DNA of 64,000 bases from a virus. Under the pieces are notes generated by a model. It was given only the letters and a program-made list of their open reading frames with translations. It made no database searches and was not told the origin of the DNA. The stretch's first letter is position 1. Every line of letters begins with the position of its first letter. Of the stretch, positions 59,853 through 64,000 are shown one piece after another. A program made the position numbers and the translations under genes. Location: the IMG/VR virus record IMGVR_UViG_3300032893_000025, positions 15,336-79,335 of that record. One strand, written 5' to 3'.

Positions 59853-59860
59853 ATTGTCTA

Positions 59861-60112
59861 TTATTTTTTGTTGTTACGTGTTTTAAAGGCATACATAACT
59901 TTGTGCCTATAACTTTCAATTCTTTTATCTAAATCTTGTAAAGGAACAGTAATATCCTCAAATGAATAATAATTATTTTTAGGTTGACTCCATATAACCA
60001 TAAAGTCTTTACCAGAAATTATAAGATCTACTTTAGAGTAGTGTCTATTAAACTTTAGATATACATTTAGTAATCTTCTTAAATACTCAATCTTATCTTC
60101 CTGTGTCTTCAT
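59861..60112 (-). CDS. Hypothetical protein
   Basis: 83-aa ORF in the operon. Confidence 0.55.
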   Translation of the reverse strand: MKTQEDKIEYLRRLLNVYLKFNRHYSKVDLIISGKDFMVIWSQPKNNYYSFEDITVPLQDLDKRIESYRHKVMYAFKTRNNKK

Positions 60113-60407
60113 ACTCTGCTGTTATATCTGATTGTCTTAATAATTTAGCAAATATATCCACAAACTTTTCATTACATGATAATTTATATTCTTTCATATA
60201 ATCTAAAATCATGTGCACTTTTTCATGATAGAAAACATCCATTATCTTATCTTCTGGTAAAGGTTCTATACCTTGAGTAGTAGCTAAGAAAATTAAATTC
60301 TGTCCATAAGTAGATTCTCCATAATTCTTTCCATAATTCATCTTCTCATTATCCCAAACTATATCTATAGTGGAACCAAATAATTTAAATCTTTTCGGTA
60401 TGTTCAT
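60093..60407 (-). CDS. Small zincin-like metallopeptidase
   Basis: FYHEKVH (HExxH) followed by NEKFV. Confidence 0.7.
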   Translation of the reverse strand: MNIPKRFKLFGSTIDIVWDNEKMNYGKNYGESTYGQNLIFLATTQGIEPLPEDKIMDVFYHEKVHMILDYMKEYKLSCNEKFVDIFAKLLRQSDITAEYEDTGR

Positions 60408-60579
60408 TATAAGTTGGATTTAAAAATTCTATAAATTTATCAAGTCTTAATATTCCTTTCATTACTAATATCTGTAGAAATACTTCCTTAGTCAACTGCT
60501 GTTCCAAAGGAATCTTTGGCATTCTCTCATTAAATTCTTTGTCAAATTCTTCTTTAGTTAATTCATTAATTTCTTTCAT
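60385..60579 (-). CDS. Hypothetical protein
   Basis: 64-aa ORF downstream of a promoter-like motif. Confidence 0.5.
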   Translation of the reverse strand: MKEINELTKEEFDKEFNERMPKIPLEQQLTKEVFLQILVMKGILRLDKFIEFLNPTYNEHTEKI

Positions 60580-60583
60580 TCTA

Positions 60584-60614
60584 CAAATATAAACAAATTA
60601 TATTAAATTCCAAA
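60584..60614 (-). promoter_or_regulatory. Bacteroidota sigmaA promoter (near-leaderless)
   Basis: TTTG-N19-TATATTTG ending 4 nt before the ATG at 60579. Confidence 0.55.
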
Positions 60615-60795
60615 ATTCTTTATTTATAATTTCTTGGAATTCATCATCAATACTAGTTTGATTACTCAGTAATTTCTTTAAAAAATTATGATAAATTATT
60701 TCCTCTCCTTCTGCAATAGTTACAGATGGATTACAATAACATCCTAAATCTTCTATATGGTTGTACCCATCTTCTGGTATAATATGTTGTATCAT
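60598..60795 (-). CDS. Small His/Cys metal-binding protein
   Basis: H.IP.D...H....C.C.P...H motif. Confidence 0.55.
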   Translation of the reverse strand: MIQHIIPEDGYNHIEDLGCYCNPSVTIAEGEEIIYHNFLKKLLSNQTSIDDEFQEIINKEFWNLI

Positions 60796-61019
60796 TTCTT
60801 TATAAAATTAAAATAAATTCCCTGCATCCAACTATAAGTATATATCATACTTAACCCAAACATCCCCCACTGTCCATTTTTATAAGTTAAATATAACCAG
60901 ATTGGTTGTCCTGTTAATCCAAATACACATCCCCATTTACTCCATTTTTCTTTTCTATTCACCAACCATATAGCAGGAACTCCTGTTAATACTATTAATA
61001 TTTGAAGAATGTTATTCAT
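60792..61019 (-). CDS. Small PnuC-like membrane protein
   Basis: Three short TM helices; KWG..FGL.GQP.W...QWG motif. Confidence 0.55.
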   Translation of the reverse strand: MNNILQILIVLTGVPAIWLVNRKEKWSKWGCVFGLTGQPIWLYLTYKNGQWGMFGLSMIYTYSWMQGIYFNFIKK

Positions 61020-61191
61020 CCTTAACTCTTATTTCTAATTGTTTATCTAATTCAGGATTACTATTAATTAACCATGCAGTTAACTCACTTGTTTCGTCAT
61101 TGAATTGAACAACTATATTCCATAGTTCATCAACTCTCTTCATAGTACTCTTATCTACGAATTCTACTTTTAAAGGTTTTGGTGGTCTCAT
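61012..61191 (-). CDS. Hypothetical protein (59 aa, not in ORF track)
   Basis: MRPPKPLKVEF... fills the gap between neighbouring ORFs. Confidence 0.45.
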   Translation of the reverse strand: MRPPKPLKVEFVDKSTMKRVDELWNIVVQFNDETSELTAWLINSNPELDKQLEIRVKDE

Positions 61192-61192
61192 A

Positions 61193-61723
61193 CTAATTAG
61201 TTAAATTATAATGTTCAAATAAATCAGATTCAAATAAACTCTTAGGAGTTGCCTCATACCAATCTTTAAATAATATATCTTTAGATAATATATGATAGAC
61301 ATAAGCAACAAACTCTCCACATATAACTCTACGAAGTTTATCATTAGTATCTACTTTTCCTACCCATATATGAAACACTTGCCATATAATTTGAACTATA
61401 ATTAACTTAAAAAAATTATATCTATGTTTACCTGCCATAGATATTACTTGTTTACTTAACTCAATAGAATCATAATTAAACTTAGGTCTTAATAATAATA
61501 TTTCATTTCCCTTTATAGAATCCTCAATTTTATTAATTACTAGTCCTTCTATCTCTGCTTCTTCTGTAAAGTTAGTATCCCAAATATTTATTACTAAACT
61601 TGTGTGACTCCATTTACATTTTTCAAACCATTGTATCGCCTTACTTAAAAATTTCCTGTCTCTATAAAGAAGTACATCCCCTGTTCTTAAATCTTTTAAT
61701 TCCATACTAATCAATATATTCAT
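61193..61723 (-). CDS. Permuted papain-like NlpC/P60 (YaeF/YiiX, C92) enzyme
   Basis: L.TGDVLL, WSH (His) and C-terminal ICGEFVAYVY (Cys). Confidence 0.8.
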   Translation of the reverse strand: MNILISMELKDLRTGDVLLYRDRKFLSKAIQWFEKCKWSHTSLVINIWDTNFTEEAEIEGLVINKIEDSIKGNEILLLRPKFNYDSIELSKQVISMAGKHRYNFFKLIIVQIIWQVFHIWVGKVDTNDKLRRVICGEFVAYVYHILSKDILFKDWYEATPKSLFESDLFEHYNLTN

Positions 61724-62015
61724 TTACACATTCTGGATGATAACCTAATCCTAAAACTATCTCTTTCCAATTTTGCATTAAATTTTCAATATCACTATCT
61801 ACATCTACTTCTTTAATGATAGTAGTACCATAATCTGATTCTACTGTAATTCTAATTATTTTTTCTTTCATACTTTTTTATTTTATAAAATTGTTCTATT
61901 GCTTCATCGGTATAATCAAAAATATACCAGACTTCTTCTCCACAGGTTTTTGCCCACTCTATAAATTTTTTTAATAAATCTTTTTCTTTACTCATATCTA
62001 TTTATTTTAACTCTA

Positions 62016-62046
62016 CAAATATACAACAATATTCTAAATAATCAAA
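62016..62046 (-). promoter_or_regulatory. Bacteroidota sigmaA promoter
   Basis: TTTG-N19-TATATTTG. Confidence 0.65.
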
Positions 62047-62062
62047 ATGTTATAAAACATAT

Positions 62063-62091
62063 AAAATAAAAACCCCATTCTTTAGATGGGG
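62063..62091 (-). terminator. Intrinsic terminator after 62138..62398
   Basis: CCCCAT-N7-ATGGGG hairpin with TTTTTATTTT tail on the minus strand. Confidence 0.65.
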
Positions 62092-62137
62092 CTAAACTCT
62101 TTTAGAGTCAGTCTGTAAATACTATTTACAGTGGAAG

Positions 62138-62398
62138 TTACTTATAACTTATATTAGCAAATGTTTTACCATCGCTCGTCATAATGTAATAAGATGAGTC
62201 TTCATAAAGAGGCATAATAAAATTAGTATCATTAAAACATACTAATCCATAACAACTTTTTTTATCTTCTTCATCCCATGCTTTGAGTCTTTCATTAAAC
62301 TCTTCTTGGTTCTTTTCTTTTAGAATTAACACATATTCTATATCTAAACATGTGTTGATCTCTAATTTTTCCTGTGTAATTCTTCTTAGTATAAACAT
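62138..62398 (-). CDS. Hypothetical protein
   Basis: 86 aa; MF.LRRI...PLY....YYIMT.DGKTF; flanked by its own promoter and terminator. Confidence 0.65.
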   Translation of the reverse strand: MFILRRITQEKLEINTCLDIEYVLILKEKNQEEFNERLKAWDEEDKKSCYGLVCFNDTNFIMPLYEDSSYYIMTSDGKTFANISYK

Positions 62399-62422
62399 AT
62401 CTGTATGTATTTATTTATGATA

Positions 62423-62454
62423 CAAATATAATATATTAAAATATAACTTCCAAA
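62423..62454 (-). promoter_or_regulatory. Bacteroidota sigmaA promoter
   Basis: TTTG-N20-TATATTTG upstream of 62398. Confidence 0.7.
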
Positions 62455-62521
62455 TATTTTGTTAATTATTTTTAAATAAAATAATTTATGTTATATCTTC
62501 TAAAAATAAATCATTTTTTTC

Positions 62522-62552
62522 TTGCGTATATTATAAAAATATATTAACTTTG
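62522..62552 (+). promoter_or_regulatory. Bacteroidota sigmaA promoter (divergent, + strand)
   Basis: TTG-N20-TAACTTTG. Confidence 0.55.
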
Positions 62553-62703
62553 CAAGACCCAATTGCAGAAAGACTATTTAATATATTATATTATATTACT
62601 TTAATAATAGTATGTAATTCTTTTCTTTGGTACTTTCTTTTCTTGTAAAATTTTTTCCTTGATTTTACTATCTTTGATACCTATTTCTTAAATACTTTTC
62701 CTT

Positions 62704-62751
62704 TATCGGGTAAAAACACGATAATTTAAAATATCGGGTAATTAGACGATA
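62704..62751. repeat. Two 20-bp palindromic direct repeats (operator-like)
   Basis: TATCGGGTAA-aaac-ACGATA (62704-62723) and TATCGGGTAA-ttag-ACGATA (62732-62751). Confidence 0.75.
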
Positions 62752-62951
62752 TTACTTATAATAAAAAGTATCAATATTCTAAAAAAATTTTTTATAATTT
62801 TTTTTAAGTAATTGAAAATGAGATGTAATATTTTTTTATAAAAAATTTTTAAATAGATGAATGTTTAAACTAACTACAACTTACCACCTCCTCTCAGCTT
62901 TGATTGGGCTCCTACTGGGGCCTTTGGATGTCTAATTTAAAACATATTGCC

Positions 62952-63212
62952 ATGAAATTTGGGAAAAAACTTAGCGTTGTTGCATTCAAGGAATTGCACA
63001 AAGCTGATAAACTGGATATTGTGAAGAACCCCAAAACTGATAAACTATTTGTCAGTGCTAACGGTTCTACTGTAGCATCAGTAAGTAAAAACTACGATTC
63101 TACCAAGGATAAAGAGTTTGTAGAGTTATTGGTTGAAGATGAAGAAGGCACACCCAAAACTATTTGGTGTTTGCATAATCCATCCGATGCAAATGTTGTA
63201 GAAACATTGTAA
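62952..63212 (+). CDS. First early-region protein (crAss-like)
   Basis: 86 aa from the ATG at 62952; FKE......DIV.NPKT.KLF...V...LH motif; followed by a terminator. Confidence 0.7.
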   Translation: MKFGKKLSVVAFKELHKADKLDIVKNPKTDKLFVSANGSTVASVSKNYDSTKDKEFVELLVEDEEGTPKTIWCLHNPSDANVVETL

Positions 63213-63216
63213 CATT

Positions 63217-63254
63217 GAAAGGCTGTACCTTAATTGGTATGGCCTTTTCCTTTT
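63217..63254 (+). terminator. Intrinsic terminator
   Basis: GAAAGGCTGTACC-TTAATT-GGTATGGCCTTTT followed by CCTTTT. Confidence 0.75.
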
Positions 63255-63291
63255 GGTTAATAAATCAATTTCACATTTAAATCTATATATT

Positions 63292-63537
63292 ATGTCAACA
63301 ACGTTTGGAATTAAGTTACCTAATGGTAATATAACTAAGGTAGCTTTTAGACATGGAATAGGTAATAGTAAAGTACAAATAGATATATCAAATCCTTTAG
63401 TACAATTATTGCCAGGTGAAACAGAATTAATTGCTATAGATAACTCAAATCAAGGCATTAGCACTGTTAAAGATCTGTTAGAAAAAGACTCAAATAAAAT
63501 AATACAATTTGATTCTGATAGACCTTACAATATATAA
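63292..63537 (+). CDS. Hypothetical early protein
   Basis: 81 aa from the ATG at 63292 (MSTTFGIK...IAIDNSNQGI.TV.DL). Confidence 0.65.
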   Translation: MSTTFGIKLPNGNITKVAFRHGIGNSKVQIDISNPLVQLLPGETELIAIDNSNQGISTVKDLLEKDSNKIIQFDSDRPYNI

Positions 63538-63539
63538 AT

Positions 63540-63744
63540 AATACCTTAGAGTTAACTAACTGGTTTGGTCAGACCAGTAGATTCACAAGACCATATACAA
63601 GCCTAGTTATGAGACGTGCTTATTTAACTGATATTGGTAGCAACATTATATACTAAACTGCCCTCATAGCAGAGTATATATAGCATAATTCCAATTAGTA
63701 CAGATTAAATGGACAGTATAAATGGTGATTAACTCTTTGGTATT
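63540..63744 (+). ncRNA. Candidate structured ncRNA (multi-stem, pseudoknot)
   Basis: ORF-free gap whose ends pair (AATACC-TT-AGAGTTAA / TTAACTCT-TT-GGTATT), with five further helices inside and a 6-bp loop pseudoknot. Confidence 0.6.
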
Positions 63745-63774
63745 TCTTTTGTAACTAATTAAAACTTAAATAAT

Positions 63775-63969
63775 ATGAAACTGTTAGATATTTTTTTGAT
63801 TGCTTTATTGCTTCTTTTTATTGGAGTTTTATACTCTGTTAAAAAAGATTCTGTATACAATATTATACATTCCCGTACCAATCTTAAGTATAAAGTATAC
63901 TATGAGTATAATGTTTATAACTTGCAGGATACTATTCCAGTAGACACTGTATACATTAAAATTAAATAA
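63775..63969 (+). CDS. Small membrane-anchored protein
   Basis: 64 aa; N-terminal TM helix; DSV, DTI and DTV sequons. Confidence 0.6.
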   Translation: MKLLDIFLIALLLLFIGVLYSVKKDSVYNIIHSRTNLKYKVYYEYNVYNLQDTIPVDTVYIKIK

Positions 63970-64000
63970 TATTTAGGGTAGTTAGAACTTAACCTGTATA

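Noticed and set aside
756-62398. Stop-codon reassignment (TAG to Gln or TGA to Trp), known in some crAss-like phages
   Set aside because: Long genes are uninterrupted under code 11, TAG and TGA end tightly packed genes (e.g. 22077, 29771, 28725), and no suppressor tRNA is visible in this window
62704-62751. Mini CRISPR array
   Set aside because: Only two 20-bp units with an 8-bp gap, and no spacer-length sequence or cas genes
62904-62951. N-terminal extension of the first early ORF from the TTG at 62904
   Set aside because: It runs through the GC-rich hairpin/control patch; the ATG at 62952 after an AT-rich leader is the more plausible start

Overview
This is about 64 kb of an AT-rich tailed-phage genome with crAss-like (Crassvirales-type) gene order. 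The host is inferred to be a Bacteroidota member from TTTG-N19/20-TAnnTTTG promoters and Bacteroidota-style signal peptides. From left to right: the end of a + strand tRNA array (9 tRNAs, 1-735), then a ~61 kb minus-strand virion/late block, then a non-coding strand-switch region (~62.4-62.9 kb) and the first + strand early genes. The late block contains giant ejected proteins including a 4442-aa virion RNA polymerase polyprotein, cargo, muzzle and ring proteins, a lysis cassette, tail fibre/spike genes, auxiliary and major capsid, scaffold, ferritin, a ClpP-like protease, portal, large terminase, IHF-like proteins and an exonuclease. Most notable observations: (1) two parallel cassettes of tail-spike/adhesin-like proteins that carry Sec signal peptides and many Bacteroidota O-glycosylation sequons, each ending in a paralogous holin-like gene, suggesting host-exported and host-glycosylated phage proteins; (2) a circularly permuted histidine-phosphatase domain inside the virion RNAP polyprotein; (3) a ~205-nt multi-stem, pseudoknotted ncRNA candidate in the early region; (4) a cargo protein punctuated by about a dozen xxxGG motifs that resemble protease cleavage sites. 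All annotations come from motif recognition and gene order by eye; no database searches were run.
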